Below, in pieces: positions 1 through 10,404 of a stretch of 64,000 nt of DNA. Position numbers and translations under genes: made by a program. This DNA comes from Azolla caroliniana (lineage: Eukaryota; Plantae; Polypodiophyta). Each line of letters opens with the position of its first letter. Positions within the stretch are counted from its first letter, which is position 1. The notes under the pieces are model-generated. The model worked only from the letters and a program-made list of their open reading frames with translations, searched no databases and was not told where the DNA came from. Location: positions 13,950,001 to 14,014,000 of the forward strand of contig JBHGNT010000007.1 of the NCBI GenBank assembly GCA_043228905.1. The letters run 5' to 3'.

Positions 1-774
1 GAAATCTCTTACGAGGAAGACTTCCCCTTGAGAAGAATATTGGATTATGCCATCCGATAAATGTTCGTATGGAGAGGGCCCATGTGGCGCTCCTTCATCC
101 ACTAAACTCGCTTCTCCAACCATATTATAAAGGGATCCTTTCGGGGGAAAGTAACAAATGGCGATAAATATTGCCTGATCCTTGTTAGAGAGGACTTCCA
201 CCCATATAAAATGGGCTTCTGGGTTTGTCGTTAGTATTTCTATCGTATTATGTATCTCTCTCCGAAACAATTTTGCAACATCTCTAGATCTTCTGGTAGT
301 GTGTCGACGTGAGGTTTGTCTAAAAATAGACTCCCAACGAAAATCAGTCCTCTATTTGGACTCTAATGTGTTTCCACTAGAAGAAAAGTATATCAAATAC
401 CTTCAAAATCTCCTCTAGAAGGCCAGGGTGTCTCCAAAGTGCACCATTACAATTCCATAAAGTCATCCTAATTCTATTGTCTGTCACATGGGTCACACGT
501 CGTCAATTGGTGGCGCGATCATTTATTATTGTCACGGACACACCAACCAAGAACTCGAATGGAGCATGGATGATGGGGTTACATGCGACGGGCTACGAAC
601 ATAGAGCTAAGAAGTGACGAGGCTAGAAACTCAAGAAGTTGGGAGCGACGAGGCGACGAACTTAAGACACTAGGAACAATACAAGAGGTGTTGAAGATGA
701 TGATGTCAAAGACGAAGCAATGACGACAATGATGTTGACTCTGGAAGCAATGACTGTGATTATGGCAATGATGG

Positions 775-1235
775 AAACTGAGAAATAGATGAAGAGGATA
801 AGAAACACAGAGATCGAGACGTTGAGGATAAAAAGAAACACAAAGATAAAGATATAGAGGATGATAGAAAAAACACAGTGACAGGAATGAAGATGATAAG
901 AAACACATAGATAGAGATGAAAATGGTAGGAAACATAGGGAGAAGGATGGCAATGACAAAAAACACAGAGATAGGGATGTGGAATATGATAAGAAGCGTA
1001 AAGATAGGGATGATGATAAGAAACACGAAGATAGGTATGTGGAGGATGAGAAGAAACTCAAAAACAAAGACGATGATGAGGAGAAACTAAAAGACAGAGA
1101 CAACAATGAGAAGAAACTAGGAGATAGAGATGGTGAGGAAGATAGGAAACGAAGGGATGTTGATGACAGTAACTCTGGAAGCAAGGACGGTGATGATGGT
1201 AACTCTAGAAGCAAGGGCGATGACGAAGACGGGTG
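775..1235. repeat. Degenerate ~30-bp purine-rich tandem repeat (GAGGATAAGAAACACAGAGATAGAGAT-like) in the LTR-element leader
   Basis: AAGAAACAC/AAGAAACT recurs every ~30 nt; it produces the low-complexity ORFs 579-1214 and 979-1236. Confidence 0.75.
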
Positions 1236-1667
1236 ATGCTTCCAGTTAGAAAGGATTCAAATTGTCACGGACATGCCAACCACGGACTCGAATGGAGCAC
1301 GGATGATGGGGCTACGAGCGACGGGCTACGAACATAGAGCTAAGAAGTGACGAGGCTAGAAACTTGGGAAGTTGGGAGCGACAAGGTGAGGAACTTAAGA
1401 CGCTAGGAACAATACAAGAGAATGAAGACAGAGATAAAAAGATCAAGCAGACAAGATAGGGGGAAATGAGAATTATAAATTGATGTGTTAATGACTGGCA
1501 TTGAATCCCATGAAAGGGATCAAGGAAGTTACAAGTATTTATACATGTTTGTGGTCTCTACATGTAGTTCCATGCATCGACCCATTTTCATGCAGAAGCT
1601 TCTAAAAACTTCTAGAACTTGGAATAGACAATGTACTAATAATCTACTAAGATATGAATAACATGAC

Positions 1668-1745
1668 CATGTATTTGGATGTGTTGGTTAGAACATAACA
1701 CTTGACTATATACAAGAGGTGAAGAGTTTGAATCTTGACATGACA
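1668..1745 (+). promoter_or_regulatory. Degenerate tRNA-like (Pol III A/B-box) cassette inside the LTR
   Basis: TGGATGTGTTGGTTA (weak A box) ... AGGT-GAAGAGTTTGAATCTT (B-box-like); short stems ATGT/ACAT, CTTG/CAAG, AAGA/TCTT. Confidence 0.45.
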
Positions 1746-2837
1746 GTTGCCATGTTTGTGACAATTATCACTTGTCTATCTCGGTAAAGGCACGATGCCC
1801 TTCTCTAAGAGCTTGCATAACTCACGGCATACAAGTTTTTTGGTGCTCAATTTAAATCTTGGTGAGGTCTTCATCTAGGTAGACAAGGTCCCTACCTAAT
1901 CCTCGAAGAATTGCTCTCTTATTAAAAAATGTGATGCTAGATTCCAAGTCTTTAAACTAAAGGACTAAAGCTCTCTTCCTAGTATTGTCATGTCCAACCC
2001 TCTAGGTTTTGATGATTGGTAGGGCCTCTGTGTACCCTAACATTTTCCCAAGTGTTTGTGCATCTTTGTCGAGAGATCCCCCTTCTTTAAGTCTAATGAC
2101 ACGTACATTTAGGTATCGAGCTTGACGTGTTTTCTCTTCCTCAATGGTAGTGTTTACAATATTTTCATCTTTTATTTCCTTTTTAATGTTACGTTTTACT
2201 ACATCGACCCAACCTGTTTTCGCTAATTCCATGTCATTTCTTACCTCTTCTTTAACCTTTTTAATCTCTTCCTTAATATCCTCTATGGAGGATATTTCAC
2301 CATCTTCCCTAGATATTTTGAGGTCATTAAGTTATTTCTTAAGGTTGATGTTTTCTATTTTGAGTTTCTCTATTTCGGCCATAAGTGTGTCTTTTTCTTC
2401 CAGGCTATCTTTTTTCTTTTGAGATTCGGTTTCTTTCACCCATGTTTTCATGTCACTCTCTATTTTTACTAAACGATTAAAGACATCTAAGAAATCTTCT
2501 TTACTTATAGTTTCTTCGTGTATCTCCTTATGCTCTTTAATTCATTTAGAAGCCATGGTGTAATTCAAAAGATAAAAGACAAACTCAACCCACCAAAGAG
2601 AGACCAAGGAGTCGGACGGAGTAGGACGAGACACCATGATAGAGTGCCTGGTCAGTCACCGGAACCCGGACAACGTACGTATTGGTTCGTAGAAGAAATC
2701 GTGTCACGCAGTTCACAGGTAGAGCGAGGAAACACATACGAAGGAATAGAAATAGAGATGAAACCCAAAACGAGAAGATATTGACCCGAACAACCGAACG
2801 AATAGATTAAGGTCAGTAGAATACAACCGGGCTCATA

Positions 2838-2959
2838 GGGGTATAATTACTTTATAAAGTGTAATTTTTTGGACATAGGGGTAGTTTGGTAAATTTGGAA
2901 CTTCCAGGGGCATTCTGGTAAATAGACGAACTTCCAGGGGTATCCTGGTACTTTTCCCT
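2838..2959. mobile_element. Probable Mutator-like (MULE) terminal inverted repeat end
   Basis: ~31-bp subrepeats (AGGGGxAxxxTGGTAAATxxxxGAACTTCC) ending in TTTTCCC, typical of MULE TIRs; partner TIR not seen. Confidence 0.45.
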
Positions 2960-3327
2960 ATTATTTAACATTAACTGATAGTTAGGGAGCGCAAACTATT
3001 TTATCCTCCCAATACCATTGAAGAGCTCCTATTGTACATTGCACTTGAGAAAAATCTTCAGAAATTTTCTCTCAGAAGCAGGGCAAAATTTTGATAGGTG
3101 TCATGCCCATCAAAGGCGATTTTGCCTATCAAAAACACACACCTAATAAAAGTGTCCGTCAAGTGACATATAAAGTTAAAATCTCCATTTTCATGTGAAA
3201 GGCCTCTAAAAATTAAACATGTCAAATGATATGTTAAAAATCTATTTTCCATGTCATATATATGTCACATATTATCATATAAATATATGTATGTACTATG
3301 AAGTGTGTATAATAATATATTTATATT

Positions 3328-5931
3328 CCTTACCTGACCATATAAACCCCCTGATGGTAGCCTTAATCGCGTGCAAACCTGAAGGGTCCATAATCCAGCA
3401 GGAGACTGAGTGCCACATGGTGGCGAGCATCACTTGGTTCGCAATAAGAACCCTACCACCGAAGAATAGTTTAGACCTGCTCCATTGGTTCAGCTTCTTG
3501 CTTAGTTTGGCTTGCACATGGGACAATTGCGCTCCCTTGGGGATTACACTCCCCATCATAAATCCGAGGTACTTGAATGTCGTCCCATCAGGGACCCATG
3601 CAAAATCAGCATGGGGGTGCCACCTTGGCTTCTCTTGTTCGTTGAATCAAAGGCCTTGGGTTTTATCCCAATTGACCTTGGCACCAGCAGCTTGACAAAA
3701 GTCCTCAACAAGATGTTCAACTCGCTACAAATTTGCATCATCGCCCTGCAAGAAAAGGACCGTATCGTTGGCATATTCAGATAACAGAAGATCCTCAATC
3801 ACATTGGGGATGGGCAATCCCCTCAGTCCACTGCTTGGTGCTTGTAAGTAGGCAGAGAAAGCCTCAGTTACAAATAGATAGAGATGTGGGGCTAGGGGAC
3901 AACCTTACCTCATTGAGCGATGTAGTTGGAAGGCGGGCCCCCTAGCACCAGATACCAACATGCTACTGGTAGTAGTCCGATAGAGTGCAGAAGTGCAATT
4001 CCTCCATTGTTGGGGAAGGCCCATAGCTCGTTGTCACTAGAGTGTCATGGCATTGGTTAACACAACCACGGGCCAAAGGGGGGCTTGGCCTCATAGACCC
4101 CTTAATGCAAAGCCGAGCATTGCTAGCCAACATGGTGGTTCGATGCCTCCTGCCAGGTAAGAGGTCCTGGAAGGTTCTACTTCACAATAGGTTGCAAGCA
4201 GGGACTCCCAAGTATGGTAGGACTTGGCCTGGCTCCTTGAACTGGTGTTGCATGAGTGGAGTCCCACCCAAGATGGCTTGTCATCCAAAGGAGAGGGTCA
4301 CGAACTCCATCTTGCGGGCATGGTGTCATGTACGACATCATTTGGTCAATCACACGCCGGAGACACTAATCGAGTGTTCTAGACAACCATTAGTTTGGAA
4401 CCCTCAGGTGCGAACAAGTGACGACATGATGTTAGGGCAGCTTAAGGGTCTAGCATGGGGAAAGCTGGCGCAAACAGGGCTCCACTCTATAGATGATTGG
4501 AGACGTGTGGTGGCTTTAGGAGGAGCCCAGGAGGTCCCATTCCCTTCCCTCAAGGGAGCCCTAAAAATGCAGAGATTGATAGCTGAGGCAATTGATCGGG
4601 TTCCAATGGGGGAGGTGTGAGAAGATGCTTGGTTCGGTCTCTTTGATGAGGCTGGAAGGGTTAAGTTGTTGAAGGGTGTGAGCGGATCGGGAAGAGATAC
4701 AATTTTTGGGGAAAGTCAAAGTAGGGGCTCTTGGCACCCAATCCACGTGGTGGTGTAGGTTGATAACATTTGGAAGACAAACCCGGATGTTGCTAAGGTG
4801 GAACCCCATTGGAAGTTATGGGTATATGGTTGTCGTCCCCTCGTCGAACTAGAATGGGACCCAGGGGATTTCAGGTGGAAACATGATGGCAGATTTCGCC
4901 ATTTCTTCGAGTACAACACTAAACTGGGCCAGACTTTTCAACTGCAGCTAGACAACCCCTTACGCAATGGCTTGCGTACATTGGGCATCCCTGATCAGGT
5001 GCTCATTACCGTTTGGAAGGGTCTCTGGCATCTCCACATGCCGGAAAAGATAAAGTGTTTTTGGTGGCAAATCAGTCATAATGTGGTTCCCGTTAGCGAA
5101 TGGCTAGGTAAACATGGCGGCTCATTAGGCTGCCCACTTTGCCATTCACCTATTGAGACTCTGAGGCATTGTCTATGGGATTGACCTCAAGCTCAAAAGG
5201 TATGGGATAGAGTGACTCGCCTCCTTGCGGCATGTGAAGTGGAAGGAACAACATCGTGGAGTGTTGCGGCATGGATTGATCACTCCGTTGATAGGTGGAC
5301 GAACACCTTCAATGCGGATAGTTGGTGCTACGTATGCATGAGAGGCAAAATCGCCAAGATTCGATTTGAGAGAGGCTTGCAGTTCGCATCCCCTAGGTTC
5401 CCGGAAATTTGGATGCTGATCACAAGCTTCACCCAGTGATATGTATGGAAAGCGCGTTGCCTAAAGGTATTTCAGGATCTGGTGCGGCCCCCGGAGGAAG
5501 TGATCATGGACATATGGTTTGTGCTTATCAACTGCCTATGAGGGCAATTTGATGAGGTTTGCAGCCATTCCAATGATGTGGTCACTACCGTTTGTGCGTT
5601 TGGCAGAAATGGCGGAACACACCTATGGTGACACAAGGAGGAAGTAGCCCGAGGTGGAACTACCAGCCCCCACATTGGTTGTTTCCGACTCACTTACCAC
5701 CCTCCCTTCGCTGTCGGCCCCAGGAGTTGTCTCATACTAGCCAACACTTAAGGGCACCGTTTTTAGATATAGGTACTTACATTAAATAGTTGGTCTGAAA
5801 GGCGATGTAACTAGTCTCATTGTCTTGAACTTGATCAAAGGGAGATTCCTTGATCTATGTATAAGCCTCCTTGTACAATCTCTTTGTAATAATCCTTCCT
5901 AACTAATGGGAAAGTAGCTTCATTTTAGAAT
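3328..5931 (+). mobile_element. 5'-truncated, 5'-inverted L1-clade LINE: RT segment inverted at 3328-~4010, C-terminal/zf-RVT segment direct at ~4011-5931
   Basis: Minus segment: R*GCPLAP, ADDANL, KYLG, GGRVLIANQVM, FIWSGK. Plus segment: VSW..LTQPRAKGGLG and CPLCHSPIETLRHCLWD. 13-bp TSD ATATATTTATATT at 3315-3327 and 5932-5944. Confidence 0.85.
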
Positions 5932-6933
5932 ATATATTTATATTATATGTTTTGTTATAACACGCTTAAAATAATATCATCATTATCATGTAATAATGAT
6001 ATATATTCTTTACTAATAATATTGGTTGAAATTTCATTGAAATTATAAATAATAACCTTTATTAAATACTCTAAGAGTGTAAACTCTAGGTTTGATTTTA
6101 ATGTTTTAAGTTTTAAATTTTTTACTAACCTTTTTCTCCAAAAAAAAAACCTATTTTCCAAAAAAAACCCTTTTTTTCATACTTATTTGTAAAAACATTA
6201 ACATGATATTTATTGGAATGCGCTATTTGCCCCCCCTAAAAAAAAAGCCCTACACCGCCGCGTCGAATCATCGACACCAGCGAGCCTGAGATTCTGAAAA
6301 TCCCCCTCTCCGACTTCATGCGCACTGTCTAGCTCCTCACTGGCCGCACCCCTCCTCTGCCATCACCATCGCCATCTCCATCTCCCCACACACCTCACCT
6401 CAAGATCCTTCACGACCATGGAGATTTCATGGTCACGCCTGTTCATCAAGATGCCTCCCATCATCATCACATCCAAAATCAGAAGCAGAATCACACTATG
6501 GTGGTGGAGGAGAAAGAGCATGGCCGGCTTATCACGACCCCCGCTGATCGTACCCCTCGTCGTGCTAACCAGAATCGGCCAATCCATGGACCCTCTGTGA
6601 ATGATTTAGGATCCCGCCAATCTTACTCAAAACCCCAATCATTTTGAATCCAAATCTGCCCACTTTCAGATCGATTCCTAGAATTTGGCTCCTAAACAGA
6701 CCGAGCATCACAATCTACTCCTTGATCCAGGATTTATCACCCCAAATCATCGCTAGATTGCCCCTGATCAGAATCCACTAATCAAATGGCAAGGATCAAT
6801 GCCTTACAGTAATGATCTTCAATTAATCGCGGACTGTAATCAGTGGGCGATGGAGTCCGACCAATTGATCTAGGAGTTTTATGATTCGACCACGAGTGAC
6901 CATCCCCTGGAATTTTCTTCCGACTGTGATGAT

Positions 6934-7352
6934 TGTTATTCTCTGACCGGACAAGGCCTAACACAAGGTGTCATGGAGACACTTCACCAAAGGGTGATTA
7001 CGGCATAGGATTATGACTCAACGATTACACTGACTTACGTAGGTTACACGATTAGAGCGCTTTTATTAATTACACGCGTAAGATATAACAGTAAGTACAG
7101 AACGGAAATCAACACAGAAGTATAAACACCATACGCTCTATTAATTATCCGCTGTGATTACAATGGGGTCCGGGCCTTTAAATAGGTTTCCGGCCCGTAG
7201 TACAAAACGGTGCCTATCGCACCTATTCGGGATCCGTCCGGATCTGGAACGGCATACCGTTTCCAGTCCGTCCGTCCACACTATGCTTATTTACAACCAT
7301 ACTTAATTAATTCCTTCACTCCGTATTTTGGACTCCTTGCCAGCCGGTAACA
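6934..7352 (-). repeat. LTR of the Athila-like element (3' LTR relative to gag-pol)
   Basis: TGTTA...TAACA termini; homologous to 53593-54034 (shared CTAACACAAGGTGTC, CACTTCACCAAAGGG, CTATTAATTATCCG); minus-strand TATA-like CCTATTTAAAGG. Confidence 0.8.
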
Positions 7353-7354
7353 CA

Positions 7355-7371
7355 TGGCACGCCCGTGGGAC
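7355..7371 (+). other. PBS-like motif TGGCACGCCCGTGGGAC (tRNA-Arg type) lying antisense to gag-pol at the expected PPT position
   Basis: Starts 2 nt (CA) inside the LTR; resembles the tRNA-Arg PBS of Tat/Ogre elements as recalled, with one base missing; repeated at 54037-54053. Confidence 0.7.
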
Positions 7372-7647
7372 AGTACCTTGTACGTCGAACCCTTCTCGGC
7401 CCCTTCATTGTTCACCCAAATTGTCCAAAATACTTTGTTCCAGAGTTTCCACTTGTTCTTCCGGTTGTGGTTGTTGCGGCTGTGCTTGCTGCTGCTGCTG
7501 TGGTTGCGGTTGGGACTGAGACTGCTCCGGCTGCTCTATAGGCGGCTGCTCCGTTTGTTTCTCTGACTCCGGCATCCCCGTTTGACTGCTTCCGGTCCGG
7601 TCTCCTTCCAGTAACGGTTCCTCATCACTGAGGTTGACCGTAACCGG

Positions 7648-8437
7648 TGTCGTAGTGTATTTCGTACACTACGTGAAAAAGTAAAAATAATATAATCGAT
7701 TTAATTACATATAAATAAATAAAATAAGAATATCAAGATATTTATCACGTGCATAGGGCAAGATTTGAACCTTGTACCTCCACGTAGCAAAACCTCAACT
7801 TTACCATTATGCTACCTTATCTTTAGTGTTCTATAAATAGATTTAATAAGTATGATTGCTTTATTTACGCCTACCTTTATTAAAAGGTAAATCGTGCATT
7901 TTTAGAGTGCGTGAATATTTTATAGAAAAACGCAAGCAACTAAAAAGTGACTCATGCACATCTAGCGTGCATGAGCACTATATTTAGCAAATAAAAGCAA
8001 GGATTAGAAAAGCATCACATGCACATTTAGTGTGCATGAACATATTAGAAAAAAAGCATGTAGTTATGCTTAGTCTCTCCCATCACTACATAAGGATGGG
8101 GAGCACAATGTAATAGGCGTGTGAAATATTTGGAAATTGGATATATTTTCGAAAACACCAACCGATTAATATAATCGTGGGATTCACGAAAATAATATAA
8201 TCTATACTTGTGGGATTCACAAGTTTCTTATGTCTTTCTTTCAATCTAAATACATATTCTTATCTAAATATTGATTAATCGAATACAATACACTCGTGGG
8301 ATTCACGAAATTTCTATCTCTCTTTCTAATAATCTATTCATTACTAGCCTCATCTCATATTCTTCTTTCTCCTAGTCCAAAACCTCGGCGGTTCCCACCC
8401 GACTCACGCAAACAATCCGGAGCCGAAAGGCACGACA
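7648..8437 (+). repeat. 5' LTR of the gag-only element
   Basis: Near-identical to 10357-11146; followed by a PBS. Confidence 0.95.
7752..7821 (-). promoter_or_regulatory. tRNA-like Pol III A/B-box cassette in LTR U3 (second copy at 10461-10530)
   Basis: Minus strand ATAAGG-TAGCATAATGG-TAAAGTT...GGAGGTAC-AAGGTTCAAATCTTG-CCCTAT; 45 nt from the A-box T to the T-loop T. Confidence 0.65.
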
Positions 8438-8441
8438 CAGT

Positions 8442-8459
8442 TGGTGAACCCGACGTGAA
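8442..8459 (+). other. Primer-binding site complementary to tRNA-Trp(CCA)
   Basis: TGGTGAACCCGACGTGAA is the reverse complement of the plant tRNA-Trp 3' end (TTCACGTCGGGTTCACCA, recalled sequence). Confidence 0.85.
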
Positions 8460-8475
8460 GGCGGGTGGCAAGGAG

Positions 8476-10404
8476 ATGGAGAATCAACAAGAGGCAATGA
8501 GCATAACGATGATGATGATGTTCGAGCGGATGCTACAAGAACAACGAGTGATGTCGGAGATCACGGGGGCAGTAAAGCGGCTCGTACAACGAAACGGACA
8601 ATTCAACGGAAACGATGTGTCACGCTATCTACGTGACTACAAGGCGGAGATGATACGATGTGGGATACCGGAAGGATTGCAAGTGACATCCTTCAATCGG
8701 GTGGCCACGGATGAGCTACAAGAGAGAATCCACAAGATACGGCAACAAAACTCGACATGGGGGTCATTCGAAGAAGCTTTACGAGAGGCATATGATTACA
8801 AGAGATCGAAGGGAAAAGATCGGCGAGAATTTGACGAATGGGTGGCATCGGAGAAGACCCACCGAAGTGCAACACAAGCATTCCTAGAGTTCGAGCATCG
8901 TTTTGCTCGACTCTCGGAGCGGGAACAACAATTGGTGGGAGAAGATAAAGTCCTAATGTTCGTAAAATCGATCGATCGAAAAGAAAGGAAGGACATCGGG
9001 ATTGAACTCGAAGACGATGACGGTACGAATGGTCTTACTGAAGATTGGGCCGAAGTCCAAAGGGTATGCCGGAGACATGATGAGAGGAAGATGAGAATCT
9101 TGTCAACGACATGGCCGATGAAGGATGGTCGATTGAAGATAAACGATGGAGCCGATATGAAGGCCGAAATACAACATGATGGTGCGACGGAAGAGGGTGT
9201 AAAACAAGCTACCCTCTTGTCTTGCGAAAGAACAACGACGAAAGATAAGGCCAATAACCCAAGTGTAGAAGAAGATTTCGGAATACAAGTGTCTGAAACA
9301 TCAGGTGAAAAAGGGGTAAGCATAATTGATGTTTCCATAATTGATGCAGTGAAAGAGAGCAAGGAGGACTTGATTGAGGTCACCACGAAAGATGACATCG
9401 AATCGAAGGTGGCTATGGACGAATCAACGACGGATGGCCATATCGAGACTTCCCCACGACTAATTCTAGAGACTCCGGCGGTTGCGTTCGAAAGGCAACG
9501 TGAGACCGAAGAGACGGAAGGTGGCGGAGAGAAAACAAAGGTCGAAGTCGATGCATACGACGGAGAGATAGTCGAGAATATGGCTATGGGTGAAACAATG
9601 GAGGATGATAATACCGAGGATTCCTACCCACTAATTCTAGAGACTTCGGCAGTTGTGTCCGAGAACCAACGTGAGACCGGAGAGACGGGAAGTGGCAGCA
9701 AGAAAGGTAAAGTCGGAAGCCGGTTTGGATGGAAGGTGATCCGGACGGGATTCCGATCCGAAAGAAAGCCGACCCGAAAAGGGGTCGACTCGGTCAAAAC
9801 CGATCGACCGAGTCTGACTTGGCCGAACGTGAATATGGATGGAAGCCGACCTAGCCGAAAGCCGATCGGACGAAACCGATCCGAAAAGAAGCTAATCCGA
9901 CTCAACCGGAGGTTGGACCGGTCGAGGCTGGTGAAAACGAGGAAAAGAAAGCCAACCAAAACCAAAACCAATAAATCGAAACCGGGCCGAAAGGAGACCG
10001 ACTCAATCGAAACCGAACAACCGATTCCGATTCGGCCGAATACGAATCCGATCGGAAGCCGATCAAACCGAAAGTCGATCGGACGAGAGCGATCCGGAAA
10101 AAAGTCAAGGTTGATGAAGACAAGAAAGAGGCCAGTAAAAGACACTACCACAAATGACAAGGGCCAAGAATATGACGAGAGAGAACAAAGAATATGGTGG
10201 ATCGGATGGCGACAATGGTTCGGGTGGAAAGAATGGGTCTACTCAAAATGGAGAGACAAAGTTGACATAGCGGGACAAACGGAGGATGAAGGGGAGACAA
10301 CGAGCATCGGCAACTTCGGCACATACCGGAGGATGTGCGGGTTCGGAGGGGGCGAGTGTCGTAGTGTATTTCGTACACTACGTGAAAAAGTAAAAATAAT
10401 ATAA
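8476..10404 (+). CDS. Gag-like protein (~642 aa): Ty3/gypsy capsid-like N-terminus, acidic middle, Lys/Arg-rich C-terminus; frame runs through the PPT into the 3' LTR
   Basis: First ATG after the PBS within ORF 8296-10404; FNGNDVSRYLRDY and WGSFEEALREAY capsid-like motifs; no PR/RT/INT motifs. Confidence 0.75.
   Translation: MENQQEAMSITMMMMFERMLQEQRVMSEITGAVKRLVQRNGQFNGNDVSRYLRDYKAEMIRCGIPEGLQVTSFNRVATDELQERIHKIRQQNSTWGSFEEALREAYDYKRSKGKDRREFDEWVASEKTHRSATQAFLEFEHRFARLSEREQQLVGEDKVLMFVKSIDRKERKDIGIELEDDDGTNGLTEDWAEVQRVCRRHDERKMRILSTTWPMKDGRLKINDGADMKAEIQHDGATEEGVKQATLLSCERTTTKDKANNPSVEEDFGIQVSETSGEKGVSIIDVSIIDAVKESKEDLIEVTTKDDIESKVAMDESTTDGHIETSPRLILETPAVAFERQRETEETEGGGEKTKVEVDAYDGEIVENMAMGETMEDDNTEDSYPLILETSAVVSENQRETGETGSGSKKGKVGSRFGWKVIRTGFRSERKPTRKGVDSVKTDRPSLTWPNVNMDGSRPSRKPIGRNRSEKKLIRLNRRLDRSRLVKTRKRKPTKTKTNKSKPGRKETDSIETEQPIPIRPNTNPIGSRSNRKSIGRERSGKKSRLMKTRKRPVKDTTTNDKGQEYDEREQRIWWIGWRQWFGWKEWVYSKWRDKVDIAGQTEDEGETTSIGNFGTYRRMCGFGGGECRSVFRTLREKVKII

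Larger units (their letters stand above)
530..1763 (-). mobile_element. Internally deleted chromovirus-like LTR element: full 5' LTR 1263-1763, leader 689-1262, terminal ~160 bp of the 3' LTR 530-688
   Basis: TGTCAC...GTGACA termini; 5-bp TSD ATTAT at 525-529 and 1764-1768; 530-688 is a diverged direct repeat of 1263-1420; TATAAATA on the minus strand near 1536-1543. Confidence 0.8.
1..2830 (-). mobile_element. Degenerate non-LTR retrotransposon (LINE), 5' part: ORF1 remnant and start of the ORF2 APE endonuclease; continues left of the window and is interrupted by the LTR element at 530-1763
   Basis: Minus strand from 466 reads MTLWNCNGALWRHPGLLEEILKVFDILF..VETH (APE-like WNxxG and DIxxLxET motifs). 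Region 1764-2560 gives a coiled coil plus RYLNVRVIRLKEG and YLDEDLT, an ORF1 RRM-type pattern. Many stops; 5' boundary approximate. Confidence 0.75.

Noticed and set aside
579-1236. Ser/Leu/Phe-rich and Asp/Lys-rich ORFs
   Set aside because: Translations of a purine-rich tandem repeat in a retroelement leader.
3218-3255. CATGTCAAATGA(T/C)ATGTTA shared with 19147-19165, suggesting one DNA-element family on both sides of the gypsy cluster
   Set aside because: Only ~19 nt of AT-rich similarity; no TIR pair or TSD found.
6240-6930. GC-richer patch with short overlapping ORFs, possibly a gene or DNA-transposon 5' end
   Set aside because: No recognisable domain or splice structure; cannot be assigned without a database search.
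8296-8475. Signal-peptide-like N-terminus MGFTKFLSLFLII of the 702-aa ORF (also ORF 11005-11190)
   Set aside because: Starts at GTG within the LTR, upstream of the PBS; the first ATG at 8476 is the more plausible Gag start.
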